From: Gemmatimonas sp.
GTDB lineage: Bacteria > Gemmatimonadota > Gemmatimonadetes > Gemmatimonadales > Gemmatimonadaceae
Reading direction: 5' to 3'
Assembly: GCA_965279375.1 (NCBI GenBank)
Contig: OZ257156.1
Location: 4,448,001-4,512,000 of the forward strand
DNA length: 64,000 nt
The notes beneath the pieces are model-generated. The model made no database searches, was not told the DNA's origin, and saw nothing but the letters and a program-made list of their open reading frames with translations. The position numbers were made by a program, and so were the translations under genes. Positions 9,966 through 20,410 of the stretch are shown in pieces. Position 1 is the first letter of the stretch. The number at the start of each line of letters is the position of its first letter.

Positions 9966-11249
9966 ATGGAAATTCTCCGCGATCCGCTGTGGAATAACAT
10001 CCGACTGGACCCGCTCGCCCTGGCGTTGCTGGACACGCCGGTCGTGCAGCGACTGCGATACGTCCGGCAGTTAGGGCTCGCGTTTCTGGTGTATCCCGGG
10101 GCGACCCACTCGCGCTTCGAACATGCGCTGGGCGCCTACCATCTCGCCGGCGTGGCCTTGCGACTGCTCGACGAGCGCGGCGGGCTGGCCGGAACGACCT
10201 CGCACCAGCAGCAGATCGTGCGCGCGGCCGCCCTGTTGCACGATGTGGGGCACTACCCGTTCTCGCACGCGCTCGAAGAGATCGGCGTGACGCACCATGA
10301 AGAAGTCGCACGCCCGCTCATCCTGCAGGGGCCGGTCGCGGAGGCGTTGATCGCCGCCCTGGGCCCTGATGCACCGGCCAATGTCTTCGCGCTGATCACC
10401 GGTCGCAGCGAGAGCCCGCTGCAGGGGCTCATCTCGGGATCCATCGATCTCGACAAGGTGGAGTATCTCAAGCGCGATGCGGCAATGTGCGGTGTGCCGT
10501 ATGGCGAGATCGACGTGGACCGACTGCTCAATTCACTCGTTCTGCTGCCGCATCCAGCACACGGCGCGCCCACCGTCGGCGTGCACGAGAAGGGGCTATC
10601 CGCGCTCGAGTCGTTGCTCTTCGCCAAGTATCAGATGTACCGCAACGTGTATTGGCATCACGCCGTGCGAAGCGCGACCGCGATGTACAAGCGGTTGGTC
10701 GCTGTCGCACTCGAAGCGCAGGCCGTTCGCGCCGACGCCGTCGCGCGTTTCACCGACGAAGGACTGCTCGTTCATCTCGAAGCGGCCACGTTGCCATCCG
10801 ATGCGGCGGCCATGCTCGCCGGATTGCGGGGGCGACGGTTGCACAAGCGTGCGTACGAGTGTCCGGCCGCCACGCTGGGCGAGGACGTGGGCGAGTGGAT
10901 CGCCAGCGACTATGCACTCACGCGCCGCGCGGAAGATGCCCTCGCTTCGGAACTGGGGCTCAGGGCCGGCGAACTGCTGCTCGACTACCCGGCCAAGACA
11001 CAGATGCTTGGCCTCGAGCTCCCGATGTTGCGACGCGATGGGCGCGTGGAGCAGCTCACGGCGGCCGGACGCGAGGGCGACATCAACCTGCCCCGACTGA
11101 GCGACGAGCTTTATCGCAGTGCGCGTCGGCTACGCGTGTTCACCGCCAACCGCGTCGCCGTACCGGAGTCTCGTGTGCTCGCCGCGCTCACGCTCGACGC
11201 GCAGGTTGTGCGTGAACGACTCGACTCGAAGCGCCCCTTGCTCGACTAG
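9966..11249 (+). CDS. HD-domain phosphohydrolase (dNTPase/SAMHD1-like family)
   Basis: QRLRYVRQLG, YPGATHSRFEH, LLHDVGHYPFSH, DLDKVEYLKRD, MYRNVYWH. Confidence 0.92.
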   Translation: MEILRDPLWNNIRLDPLALALLDTPVVQRLRYVRQLGLAFLVYPGATHSRFEHALGAYHLAGVALRLLDERGGLAGTTSHQQQIVRAAALLHDVGHYPFSHALEEIGVTHHEEVARPLILQGPVAEALIAALGPDAPANVFALITGRSESPLQGLISGSIDLDKVEYLKRDAAMCGVPYGEIDVDRLLNSLVLLPHPAHGAPTVGVHEKGLSALESLLFAKYQMYRNVYWHHAVRSATAMYKRLVAVALEAQAVRADAVARFTDEGLLVHLEAATLPSDAAAMLAGLRGRRLHKRAYECPAATLGEDVGEWIASDYALTRRAEDALASELGLRAGELLLDYPAKTQMLGLELPMLRRDGRVEQLTAAGREGDINLPRLSDELYRSARRLRVFTANRVAVPESRVLAALTLDAQVVRERLDSKRPLLD

Positions 11250-11266
11250 TCCCGGGCAACGCAGCG

Positions 11267-11947
11267 TTATTTCGCTTCGCCCCGCTCACACGCCACACGT
11301 CCCGCGCGAGCGGCTTCGAGCAGCTCCACCGCTTCGGTGGTGATGGCGACACCGCGGTTGCGCGCATAGAAGGCGCGAATACCGGCGTGCAGCGAGTCGC
11401 TACTCACCGTGCCCCGCACGCCGTGCGCCCAGTGCCGGATCTCCCTGGGCAGTTCGACGATGCAGCCGCGGTCGGCGCCGCTGGCGTCTAGAAGCACGAT
11501 CGTTGGCGTGGCAGTCCGTCCGTCCATCGACCGATGCGATTCCTGCACCGCGCGCCCCGGCGTCGGCAGCACGATGCGCAGTTCGAGTCCCGGCACCAAC
11601 TCGGCGAGCTTTGCGAGATACGGCACCGAGTTCATCGAATCGCCGCACGCGTCGATCGCGATGACGAGAAACTTCCACTGTCCGCCCACAGCCTTGGCCC
11701 GCGCAAGCAACTCCGGCGCGACCTGCGCGCTGTCGGCCATGCGCAGCCATCCCTCGCGACGGGCCTTCGCGGCCGCGAGGAAATCGCCGAACGGCTGACC
11801 GGTATTGAAGAGTGCGAGCGAGGCGCTGTCGGCGACGACGCGCTGAAACGTGGCGGGCGCCACGACGCATCGCAGCGGGCGCACGGGCGATGCCACGGTG
11901 GTCGACGGGAGCAGTGCCGCGAGCACCAGCGAGAGCGACAGTGTCAT
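11267..11947 (-). CDS. Exported thioredoxin-like protein (Thioredoxin_9 type)
   Basis: Signal peptide; FLVIAIDACGDS and ATPTIVLLD motifs. Confidence 0.75.
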   Translation of the reverse strand: MTLSLSLVLAALLPSTTVASPVRPLRCVVAPATFQRVVADSASLALFNTGQPFGDFLAAAKARREGWLRMADSAQVAPELLARAKAVGGQWKFLVIAIDACGDSMNSVPYLAKLAELVPGLELRIVLPTPGRAVQESHRSMDGRTATPTIVLLDASGADRGCIVELPREIRHWAHGVRGTVSSDSLHAGIRAFYARNRGVAITTEAVELLEAARAGRVACERGEAK

Positions 11948-11950
11948 GAC

Positions 11951-12157
11951 TTACTCCTTGGATCGTCCGTGGGCTTCGGCGAGTTTGCGTCCAATGGCGC
12001 GATAGAAAGCGGCGTCGAGCGGCTTCTCTTCCTCTGCGAGCGACAGCGCGCACCGTTCGAGCGCGTACAGGATATTGCCGAGGTACAGCTCGGCGATCGC
12101 ACCGACCGAATCTGCGGGCCCTGAGCTGGCGGGCCCGGACGGCGGAGCGTCAGCCAC
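11951..12157 (-). CDS. Small hypothetical protein
   Basis: 68-aa helical ORF filling the gap in the operon and overlapping the phosphatase stop. Confidence 0.65.
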   Translation of the reverse strand: MADAPPSGPASSGPADSVGAIAELYLGNILYALERCALSLAEEEKPLDAAFYRAIGRKLAEAHGRSKE

Positions 12158-12938
12158 GCGAGACAGCAGCCGTCTCGCCGGTCGTGCCGGTCAGGCCGCT
12201 GTGCACCTGCTGCACCTGCACGACGATGGCCGTGATGTTGTCCAACCCACCGCGACGGTTCGCTTCGGTGATCATGGCATCGACCATACGGCCTGGCGTT
12301 CCACGCGTCTCCAGAATCTTCTTGAGCTGCGGATCCTCGACCATGCCGGTGAGACCGTCGGAGGCGATGATGTAGAGGTCGCCATTCTTGAGCTCACCGG
12401 TGAGCACGTCCGCCTCGACCGCCGCGTTGGCCCCGACACAACGCGTGATGACGTTGCTGTACGGATGGTAGCGCGCCTGCTCCGGCGTGAGGAAGCCGGC
12501 GTCCACCTGCTCCTGCACGTACGAGTGGTCTTTCGTGACCTGGCGGAACACACCGTCGCGCAGCAGGTAGATGCGGGAGTCGCCGATGTGGCCTACGATC
12601 CACCGGCCGCCGCCCATCATGATGCAGGAGGCGGTGGTGCCCATCCCCTGCTTGTCCGCCTCGACGATGGTGCGCTCGTAGATGGCCCGATTGGCGGCCT
12701 TGAGCGCGTCTGCCATGCGTGTGAGGGGATCTGTCCCGCCCAGATCACGGACCGTCGTCAGCTCGCGCGCGACGATCTGCACCGCCATCTCGCTGGCTAC
12801 CTCTCCCGCAGCGTGACCGCCCATACCGTCAGCGACGATGAACAGTCCGCGTTCCTGATCCGCGTCCGCGTAGAGGCTGTCCTCGTTGCCTGCGCGGATG
12901 CGCCCGACGTCAGTGCCGGCGGCGACCGAAAGCTGCAC
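12150..12938 (-). CDS. PP2C-family Ser/Thr protein phosphatase (Stp1/PrpC type)
   Basis: TDVGRIRAGNED, VADGMGGH, GMGTT, HIGDSR, SDGL, GGLDNIT; GTG start at 12938 inferred. Confidence 0.93.
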   Translation of the reverse strand: MQLSVAAGTDVGRIRAGNEDSLYADADQERGLFIVADGMGGHAAGEVASEMAVQIVARELTTVRDLGGTDPLTRMADALKAANRAIYERTIVEADKQGMGTTASCIMMGGGRWIVGHIGDSRIYLLRDGVFRQVTKDHSYVQEQVDAGFLTPEQARYHPYSNVITRCVGANAAVEADVLTGELKNGDLYIIASDGLTGMVEDPQLKKILETRGTPGRMVDAMITEANRRGGLDNITAIVVQVQQVHSGLTGTTGETAAVSRG

Positions 12939-12993
12939 GATGGTTGGGAGAGGCTCGGAACAGAGAGGGATGCTGTATACGGGAACGACGAAG

Positions 12994-14925
12994 CTACCCG
13001 GGAGTTGCGCCCGTTGGCAAGCGGAGCGACGCGTCCAATGGCGACAAGTCCGCCGTGTGGGGCTGATTTTCCGTTTCATTCCCGGCATCACCGCCCTGCA
13101 GTCGGTACAGCCGCTCGTACAGGCCGCGCCGCGCCACGAGCGCACGATGCGTACCGCGTTCCACCACTTCGCCGTGATGCAGCACCAGGATCTGGTCTGC
13201 CTCGAGAATGGTGCTCAGTCGATGTGCGATCGCAATCGTCGTGCGCCCGCGCATCAGTTCCGCGACCGCAGCCTGAATGACGGCTTCGATCTCCGAGTCC
13301 ACCGCACTCGTGGCCTCGTCGAGCACGAGCAGCGCAGGGTCTGCCGCGATCGCGCGCGCAAACGAAAGCAGTTGTCGTTCACCGACGCTGACGCCGAGTC
13401 CACGCTCGGCGAGTTCGTGCCGCCAGCCGCCCGGCAGTCGGCGAATGACCCGATCGGCCCCCACCCGTGATGCCGCGCGTTCGAGCGCCGCATCGTCGAG
13501 TGGTGCATCGAGCCGGATGTTGGATGCCACGTCGCCCGCGAACAGAAAAATGTCCTGCTGCACGTAGCCGATCAGCGCGCGCAACACGTCGACCGGCAGG
13601 TCACGAATGTCCGTGCCATTGACGGTGATTCGCCCACGCTGCGGCTCGTAGAAACGCAGCAGCAAACTGACGATCGTCGTCTTCCCCGCCCCGGTATGCC
13701 CGACCAGCGCGATGGTCTCGCCGGGACGCACCGTGAAGCTGACACCACGCAGCACCCAGGCCGACGCGGCCACCGACGTCGCGCTGACATGCATGTTGAC
13801 GTCCTCGCTCACGCCACCTTCGGCGCCGTACGCGAACCAGACATCGTCGAAGCTGATCGTCACGCCTTGTGCGCGGAGCGCGGCCACGCGTGTTGCCTGG
13901 TCCGCGGTCGGGTCGAGCCCCGGCGCTTCGGGGGTGTCGAGCATGCCGAAGATGCGTTCCGACGCCGCCATCGCCGCCTGCAGGATGTTGTACTTCTCCG
14001 ACAGATCCTGGAGCGGCTGGAAGAAGCGCCGAACCAATTGCAGGAACGCCGCCACGGTGCCCACGCTCAGCGCACCGCTGCCGACGCGGAGTCCGCCAGC
14101 GACCAGCAGCGCCGCCAACGCGAACGTCGTCAGGAACTCGATGATCGGGAAATACAGCGCGTAGATCTTCACCGACTTGAGATGCGCGTCGAGATGCGCC
14201 GCATTGAGTCCGGCGAAGCGCTCCAGCTCGTCGCGCTCGCGCCCGAACAGTTGCACGATACGCACCCCGGCCAAGCGCTCCTGCAAGAACGCGTTCAACC
14301 CTGCCAGGCGCGTGCGAATGTCACGATAGCTGTTGCGCACGGAGGCTTGAAACAGGCGAGACGCGAGCAGAATGAACGGAATGACCGCGAAGGACGCGAG
14401 CGCCAACCGCCAGTCCACCACGAGCATCACGACGCTGATCGCGAAGAGCGTGAACAGGTCGCCAAGTCCGGCCACGACCCCTGAGGTGAAGAGCTCGTTG
14501 AGCGCTTCCACGTCGCTGGTGACACGAGTGACCAATCGCCCGATGGGCGTCCGGTCGAAGTAGGCGATGGGCAGCCGCTGCAGCCGCGCAAAGAGCTCGC
14601 CGCGCAGGTCGCGCATGACGCGCTGACCGAGGAGGTTGGTGAAGATCGTCTCACCGTAGGCGGCGGCGAACTGCACCGCGAGCAGTACCGTGTAGGCGAG
14701 CGCCACCGTGACGATCAGCGAGGCGTCCTTGGCGGGGAGCGCACGGTCGATGACCCACCGCGTGAGCAGCGGACCGACCAGCTGCATCCCGGACTCGATG
14801 GCGATCAGCACCAGCGCCCCCGCCACGAGCGGGCGGTACGGGCGCACGTAGTGCAGGAGCCGGCGCACAAGGCGGGCGTCGTACGCCTTGCCCAGCGCCT
14901 CGTCGTCAGAAGAAGGAGCAGCCAT
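12994..14925 (-). CDS. ABC exporter, fused permease and ATPase (MsbA/MdlB-like)
   Basis: N-terminal TM domain; GHTGAGKT, SVGERQ, LVLDEATS, IAHRLST. Confidence 0.93.
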   Translation of the reverse strand: MAAPSSDDEALGKAYDARLVRRLLHYVRPYRPLVAGALVLIAIESGMQLVGPLLTRWVIDRALPAKDASLIVTVALAYTVLLAVQFAAAYGETIFTNLLGQRVMRDLRGELFARLQRLPIAYFDRTPIGRLVTRVTSDVEALNELFTSGVVAGLGDLFTLFAISVVMLVVDWRLALASFAVIPFILLASRLFQASVRNSYRDIRTRLAGLNAFLQERLAGVRIVQLFGRERDELERFAGLNAAHLDAHLKSVKIYALYFPIIEFLTTFALAALLVAGGLRVGSGALSVGTVAAFLQLVRRFFQPLQDLSEKYNILQAAMAASERIFGMLDTPEAPGLDPTADQATRVAALRAQGVTISFDDVWFAYGAEGGVSEDVNMHVSATSVAASAWVLRGVSFTVRPGETIALVGHTGAGKTTIVSLLLRFYEPQRGRITVNGTDIRDLPVDVLRALIGYVQQDIFLFAGDVASNIRLDAPLDDAALERAASRVGADRVIRRLPGGWRHELAERGLGVSVGERQLLSFARAIAADPALLVLDEATSAVDSEIEAVIQAAVAELMRGRTTIAIAHRLSTILEADQILVLHHGEVVERGTHRALVARRGLYERLYRLQGGDAGNETENQPHTADLSPLDASLRLPTGATPG

Positions 14926-14966
14926 TCGGCCGGAATCTAAACGGCGCGCCGGATAGTTTTCCTGTC

Positions 14967-17807
14967 ATGAAGGAACGCATCCGCATTCTGGGCGCCCGCC
15001 AGCATAATCTGAAGGGCTTCGATCTCGACATTCCCCGCCGGGCCATCACCGTGGTCACCGGCGTGTCGGGGTCGGGCAAGTCATCGCTGGCGTTCGATAC
15101 GCTGTACGCCGAAGGACAGCGCCGCTATGTCGAGTCGCTGTCGGCGTACGCGCGCCAGTTTCTCGAGCGCATGGAAAAGCCGCTCGTCGATTCCATCGAG
15201 GGAATCTCGCCGGCCGTCGCGATCGAGCAGAAGAACCCCACCCGCACCTCGCGCTCCACGGTGGGTACCGCGACCGAGATTTACGACTACCTGCGACTGC
15301 TCTGGGCGCGGGTGGGTCGCACGTACTGTCGTGTGTGCGGACGCGAGCTTCGTCCCGACACCGTGCAGTCAGTCACCGACGCCGCACTCACGCTGCCGAC
15401 GGGAACGCGCTTTGCCGTGGCCTGTCCGCTCATTCGTTCCAAAGCGGTCAAGCACGCCGTCATCGACGAGAACCTGCGGGCCCGTGGCTTCGTGCGGGTA
15501 GCGGTAGCTGAACGGTTGCTCCACCTCGACGATCTGGCGAGTGAAGGGATCGACCTCGCGACGGCGCCTGATGTGCTCATCGTGATCGACCGGCTGGTGA
15601 TCGATCCGGAGGCGCGCGGCCGCATCGCTGACGCCATCCAGGTGGCATTCACCGAAGGCGATGGCGATGCGGTGCTGCTTTTTCCGTCGCCGGTTCTTCC
15701 ACCGGAAGCACTGCGCAACACGCAGGCCACCGGCGAAGTCACACGGCTCATGTTCACCGAGCGCTTCGAGTGCCCCAACGATGGTACGCGTGCGCCGCTC
15801 CCCACGCCGCAGCTCTTTTCGTTCAACAATCCCCGTGGTGCCTGCGCGACGTGCAATGGCTTTGGCGCAACGCTCACATATGATGAATCGCTGATCGTTC
15901 CCAACCACGACCGTAGTGTTCGCGACGGCGCGATCGATCCGTGGACCGCGCCGCGCTACGAAAAGGAACGTCGCACCGTCGTGGAGTTCGCGCGCAGCAT
16001 CGGTGTCTCTCCGGACACGCCGTGGAAGTCGATTCCGGCCAAGGCGCGCGAACAGTTCCTGCGTACCAAGTCGCGCGCATACACGGGCATCTTTCCCTTT
16101 CTCGAGAATCTCGAGGACAAGAAGTACAAGCAGTACATCCGCATCTTCCTGCGCAAATACCAGGGAGCCAAGACCTGTCCCGACTGCGGCGGCACCAAGC
16201 TGCAGCCCGATGCCCTGCAGGTGAAAATCGCCGGCCGCACCATCGCGGAGATCGCGCAGCTTCCCGTGCGTGATCTGGTCACGTGGATCGATTCGCTCGC
16301 ACTGAACACATCCGAAACGCAGATCGCCGAGGCCGTGCTTCGCGAAGCACGTTCGCGCACGCGCTTTCTCGCCGACGTTGGGCTCACGTACCTCACCCTC
16401 GATCGTGCCACGCGCACCCTCTCGGGCGGTGAAGCGCAGCGCATCACGCTTTCCAACGCGTTGGGCGCCGCACTCGTGGATGCCACCTACGTGCTCGACG
16501 AGCCGAGCATCGGGCTCCATCCGCGCGACCTCGACAAGCTGCTCTCGCTGCTCAAACGGCTGCGCGATTTCGGCAATACGGTTGTCATGGTGGAGCACGA
16601 TCTCGAAGCGATGCGCATCGCCGACTACATGGTGGAGCTCGGACCGGGCGCCGGTGAGCATGGCGGGCACCTCGTCTTTGCCGGCCCGATGTCCGACGTC
16701 GCCAACAGCCCTCTCACGGGCCAATACATCCTCGGCACGCGCAGCATTCCGCTACCGGTCAAGCGGCGCACGCTCGGCAAGAAGTGGATCGAGCTACGTG
16801 GTGCAGAAGCCAACAACGTGCACGGCGTGGACGTGCGTATTCCCGTCGGCGCGCTCACCGTGGTCACCGGTGTGTCGGGCAGCGGCAAGAGCACGCTCGT
16901 GCACGACATTCTCTTTCATGCCATCGAGAAACGACTCCACGGCGAGCACTCAGCCAAGGAGCATCTGGGCGAGACCGTCGGCGGATTCGCCTCTCTGTCG
17001 GGCGATGAGTTTTTTGATGACGTCGTGCTGGTGGACCAGACGCCAATCGGTCGTTCACCGCGCTCGAATCCGGTGACGTACGTGAAGGCCTACGACGAGA
17101 TTCGTGCGCTCTTTGCCGAGGTGCCGTTGGCGAAAACGCGCGGCTACGGTCCCGGCCATTTTTCGTTCAACGTCGCCGGAGGTCGCTGCGAAACGTGCGA
17201 AGGTGCCGGCGCGCTGGAAGTGGAAATGGTCTTCATGGCCGACGTGTTCGTGCCGTGTGACGCCTGCGGCGGCAAGCGCTTCAAGTCCGACGTGCTGGAA
17301 GTGCGCGTGAAGGGGCGCAGCATCGCCGACGTGCTCGAACTCACGGTCGATGAAGCGATCAAGTTCTTCCCACGGGAAGACAAGCTGGCACAGGCACTCT
17401 GGCACGTGCAGCAGGTCGGGCTGGGCTACCTGCGGCTCGGTCAGCCGGCCACGACGTTGTCGGGCGGAGAGGCGCAGCGACTGAAGATCGCGCGCGAGCT
17501 GGCGCTCACCGCCAAGGGCGCCGCGCGCAAACTGTACGTGCTCGACGAGCCGACCACCGGATTGCACCTGGAAGACATCCGTCGGCTCGCGACCGTCTTC
17601 GATCGCCTGCTCGACCAGGGGCACACGCTCCTGCTCATCGAACACAATCTCGACGTGATCAAGCTGGCGGACTGGATCGTCGACATGGGGCCGGACGGCG
17701 GCGATGGCGGCGGACGGGTCGTCGCCATGGGACGGCCGGAAGAGATCGTCACGGTGGAGGCCTCCCACACAGGCCGTTGGCTCAAGACGGTGCTGCCAAG
17801 CGCTTGA
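14967..17807 (+). CDS. uvrA: Excinuclease ABC subunit A
   Basis: GARQHNLK, two GVSGSGKS Walker A motifs, two LSGGEAQR signatures, Zn-finger CxxC pairs. Confidence 0.96.
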   Translation: MKERIRILGARQHNLKGFDLDIPRRAITVVTGVSGSGKSSLAFDTLYAEGQRRYVESLSAYARQFLERMEKPLVDSIEGISPAVAIEQKNPTRTSRSTVGTATEIYDYLRLLWARVGRTYCRVCGRELRPDTVQSVTDAALTLPTGTRFAVACPLIRSKAVKHAVIDENLRARGFVRVAVAERLLHLDDLASEGIDLATAPDVLIVIDRLVIDPEARGRIADAIQVAFTEGDGDAVLLFPSPVLPPEALRNTQATGEVTRLMFTERFECPNDGTRAPLPTPQLFSFNNPRGACATCNGFGATLTYDESLIVPNHDRSVRDGAIDPWTAPRYEKERRTVVEFARSIGVSPDTPWKSIPAKAREQFLRTKSRAYTGIFPFLENLEDKKYKQYIRIFLRKYQGAKTCPDCGGTKLQPDALQVKIAGRTIAEIAQLPVRDLVTWIDSLALNTSETQIAEAVLREARSRTRFLADVGLTYLTLDRATRTLSGGEAQRITLSNALGAALVDATYVLDEPSIGLHPRDLDKLLSLLKRLRDFGNTVVMVEHDLEAMRIADYMVELGPGAGEHGGHLVFAGPMSDVANSPLTGQYILGTRSIPLPVKRRTLGKKWIELRGAEANNVHGVDVRIPVGALTVVTGVSGSGKSTLVHDILFHAIEKRLHGEHSAKEHLGETVGGFASLSGDEFFDDVVLVDQTPIGRSPRSNPVTYVKAYDEIRALFAEVPLAKTRGYGPGHFSFNVAGGRCETCEGAGALEVEMVFMADVFVPCDACGGKRFKSDVLEVRVKGRSIADVLELTVDEAIKFFPREDKLAQALWHVQQVGLGYLRLGQPATTLSGGEAQRLKIARELALTAKGAARKLYVLDEPTTGLHLEDIRRLATVFDRLLDQGHTLLLIEHNLDVIKLADWIVDMGPDGGDGGGRVVAMGRPEEIVTVEASHTGRWLKTVLPSA

Positions 17808-17832
17808 CTCGGCTACGTGACCGGACGATACT
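17804..17832 (+). promoter_or_regulatory. Sigma70-type promoter for tRNA-Asn
   Basis: TTGACT-N17-GATACT; the -35 element overlaps the uvrA stop codon. Confidence 0.65.
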
Positions 17833-17855
17833 GTACGACTGCACCACAGTTGTAT

Positions 17856-17928
17856 TCCCGGATAGCTCAGGTGGTAGAGCAGGTGACTGTTAATCACCCT
17901 GTCGTAGGTTCGAGTCCTACTCCGGGAG
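17856..17928 (+). tRNA. tRNA-Asn(GTT), CCA not encoded
   Basis: Acceptor stem TCCCGGA/TCCGGGA, anticodon arm GGTGA-CTGTTAA-TCACC, T-loop GTTCGAG. Confidence 0.97.
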
Positions 17929-17942
17929 CTTCGGTAGTCGTG

Positions 17943-17982
17943 AAAGGCGGCCATCACGAAAGTGGTGGCCGCTTTGCTTTTT
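17943..17982 (+). terminator. Intrinsic terminator after tRNA-Asn
   Basis: GCGGCCATCAC-GAAA-GTGGTGGCCGC followed by TTTGCTTTTT. Confidence 0.88.
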
Positions 17983-18020
17983 GTCGTTGGGAAGTTTGGA
18001 GCGAGCGAAGTGGTTCGCCG

Positions 18021-18485
18021 ATGAGTTGTCGCCTTGGAGTCACCGTGACCTCACCTGATCGTGCAGGACCGCTGGAAGCCATTCTCCGTGAGACGCCGCA
18101 CGACGAGCACGAGGCCGTCTGTGCCGCGTGGGAGGCGCTGCCGCTCCGGCGGCAGGAGTACCTCGCGGGCTTTCCCCCTGCCTTCGTCGCGCGATGGCTG
18201 CGCGGACTGCTGACTGGTTGGGACGAGGAGGCGCCGATGAATGTGCTCCCCGAGGGTGGGTACGCCCGTCAGGTCACCTTCCCCTCGTCGAAGGGAGAGG
18301 ACGTGCGGCTCTGGTGTCTCGTCAACTCGCGGGCGTCCGAGCAGGGCGAGCTGATTCATTGCCATGATGGCGTGGCGATTCCCGCCGGAACGATCGTGCA
18401 ACTCGCGCTCACGAGCGATGGGTTTGCCCGTGCGGTGCTGCCGACGCGCGACTCCGCGCTCAACGGCCTGCGACGGATTTTGTAG
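18021..18485 (+). CDS. Hypothetical protein
   Basis: Most protein-like ORF in the gap; start uncertain (ATG 18021 or GTG 18045 after GGAG). Confidence 0.5.
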   Translation: MSCRLGVTVTSPDRAGPLEAILRETPHDEHEAVCAAWEALPLRRQEYLAGFPPAFVARWLRGLLTGWDEEAPMNVLPEGGYARQVTFPSSKGEDVRLWCLVNSRASEQGELIHCHDGVAIPAGTIVQLALTSDGFARAVLPTRDSALNGLRRIL

Positions 18486-18574
18486 CGGCGGCACTCTCGT
18501 CTGGCGGTGCGTGAGTCGTGGGGCGATTGTAGGGCTTGCCCGCGCCCCTGATCGCCCCGACCCGGAGACACACC

Positions 18575-20410
18575 GTGCCCACGTCCGAAGAACTGCTCGA
18601 CCAGCTGCATGCCGACCTCGCCCGCGCCGAGCACGATGAGGAGGCGAGTGGCATGGATCGTCGCCAGTTCATGTTCATGTCGCTGGTATCTGCGGCGGCG
18701 ACCACGTTTGGCGCGAGCGCCGTGCAGGCGCAACGCACACTGGCCGCGGCCGGCACTGGTGCATTCTCGGCGGACGGCGTGCGCTCGCTGATGCAGCAGC
18801 CACAGGTGCCGCCGGTCGCGCTGGGCAACGGCGAGGCCCCTGCCCTCCAGTTCATGCCGTACGCGGGCGGAACCGGAGCGCTGATGGAGAAGCTCGCGCG
18901 TGAGCGTGGCCGCACTGCCTTCGACCGCGCCGTGTTCACCGTGACGCCGTTCGTTGGCGCGGTGCCCACCAACCCCGACGACATCGCGTTCTTGCCCGCA
19001 CACCGACTCTCCGCGCTCATCAAGGCGCGCAAGATCACGTCGGTGCAGCTGACGGACATCTACCTCACGCGGCTCAAGCGGCTCAACCCGACGCTGCTGT
19101 GCGCGGTGACGATCATGGAAGACTCCGCGCGCAAGGAAGCCGCGCAAGCCGACGCGGAGATCAAGGCGGGCAAGTATCGGGGACCGCTGCACGGCCTGCC
19201 GTATGGCGTGAAGGACCTGTTCAACACCAAGGGCGTTCCCACCACGTGGGGCGCGGCCGACTTTCAGGACCGCATCATCGATGAGGACGCCGAAGTGGTG
19301 GTGCGACTGCGTGACGCCGGCGCGGTACTCATCGCCAAGCTCGCGACCGGACTCTTCGCGCAGAACGACCAGTGGTTTCGCGGTCGCACCAACAATCCGT
19401 GGAATCTCGTGCAGGGTTCGAGCGGCTCATCGGCGGGTCCGGGCTCCGCGACCGCTGCCGGGTGTGTCGCGTTCGGTATCGGCACCGAGACGCAGGGCTC
19501 GATCGTGTCGCCGTCGATTCGCTGCGGCCTGAGCGCGTTGCGCCCCACGTTCGGTCGCGTGAGTCGCTCGGGCGGCATGGTGCTGTCGTGGTCGCAGGAT
19601 CGCGTTGGGCCGATGTGTCGCACGGTGGAAGACTGCGCGATGGTCTTCAACGCGATCCATGGCGTGGATGAAAAGGACCCGTCCACCGTGACGACGCCGT
19701 TCCAGTTCGACCGCAATCTCAAGCTGGCGTCGGTGCGCGTTGGGGTGGATCCGGCGGCACCGAAGGAATTGGTGGATAAGCTACGCGAGTTGGGGATGAC
19801 GCCGAAGGAGATTGGCGCGCGTCCGACCGTCGCGGGCATGCAGGGCGGCGGACTGAACGTGGAATACGCCGCCGCGTTCGACTCGTACGTGCAGCGCAAG
19901 GCCAAGGAGATCGGACTCGACCTCACCAACCTGCCTGAGCCCGCTGCCGGAGGACGTGGCGCCGGTGGCGCACCGCCTGCAGCACCCGCTGGTCCGCCGG
20001 CCGCGCCGGCCAGCCCGATGGCGCCCGCCGACTGGAACCCGCGTTTCGTCAACGGGCGCACAGTACGCGGCTTCGAGTTCGTGCAGAACCAGCGCCGTCG
20101 CTACATGCTCGTCGCCAAGTGGGGCGAGTTCATGAAGGATCTCGACATGTTCATCGGCAACCCCAACGCCGACGTGGGCCCCAACGCGCAGACAGGCAAC
20201 CCGTGCGTGGTCGTGCCGTACAAGTTCGACGTGCCGGCCGCGCAGGGCGGCGGACGCGGCGGCGCGCCGGCGGCGGCAGCGCCCGAGCTCAAGCCACAGC
20301 CGATCTGCGGCGTGATCGTTGGTGCGCTCTATGCCGACGACAAGATCCTCTCGGTCGCGCATCAGTTTCAATCGCACACGGACGTACACACAAAGCGGCC
20401 GTCCGTGTAA
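18575..20410 (+). CDS. Amidase-signature family enzyme, Tat-exported
   Basis: DRRQF Tat-like motif; GPLHGLPYGVKD, GSSGSSAG, GTETQGSI, LRPTFGRVS. Confidence 0.9.
   Translation: MPTSEELLDQLHADLARAEHDEEASGMDRRQFMFMSLVSAAATTFGASAVQAQRTLAAAGTGAFSADGVRSLMQQPQVPPVALGNGEAPALQFMPYAGGTGALMEKLARERGRTAFDRAVFTVTPFVGAVPTNPDDIAFLPAHRLSALIKARKITSVQLTDIYLTRLKRLNPTLLCAVTIMEDSARKEAAQADAEIKAGKYRGPLHGLPYGVKDLFNTKGVPTTWGAADFQDRIIDEDAEVVVRLRDAGAVLIAKLATGLFAQNDQWFRGRTNNPWNLVQGSSGSSAGPGSATAAGCVAFGIGTETQGSIVSPSIRCGLSALRPTFGRVSRSGGMVLSWSQDRVGPMCRTVEDCAMVFNAIHGVDEKDPSTVTTPFQFDRNLKLASVRVGVDPAAPKELVDKLRELGMTPKEIGARPTVAGMQGGGLNVEYAAAFDSYVQRKAKEIGLDLTNLPEPAAGGRGAGGAPPAAPAGPPAAPASPMAPADWNPRFVNGRTVRGFEFVQNQRRRYMLVAKWGEFMKDLDMFIGNPNADVGPNAQTGNPCVVVPYKFDVPAAQGGGRGGAPAAAAPELKPQPICGVIVGALYADDKILSVAHQFQSHTDVHTKRPSV

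Noticed and set aside
9966..11249. HD/dNTPase gene as a phage-defence system
   Set aside because: Ordinary codon usage, housekeeping context and no neighbouring defence genes.
14967..17807. UvrA Zn-finger variant CPND and a possible SOS box
   Set aside because: A minor variation in an otherwise intact UvrA; no recognisable LexA box in the 41-bp intergenic gap.
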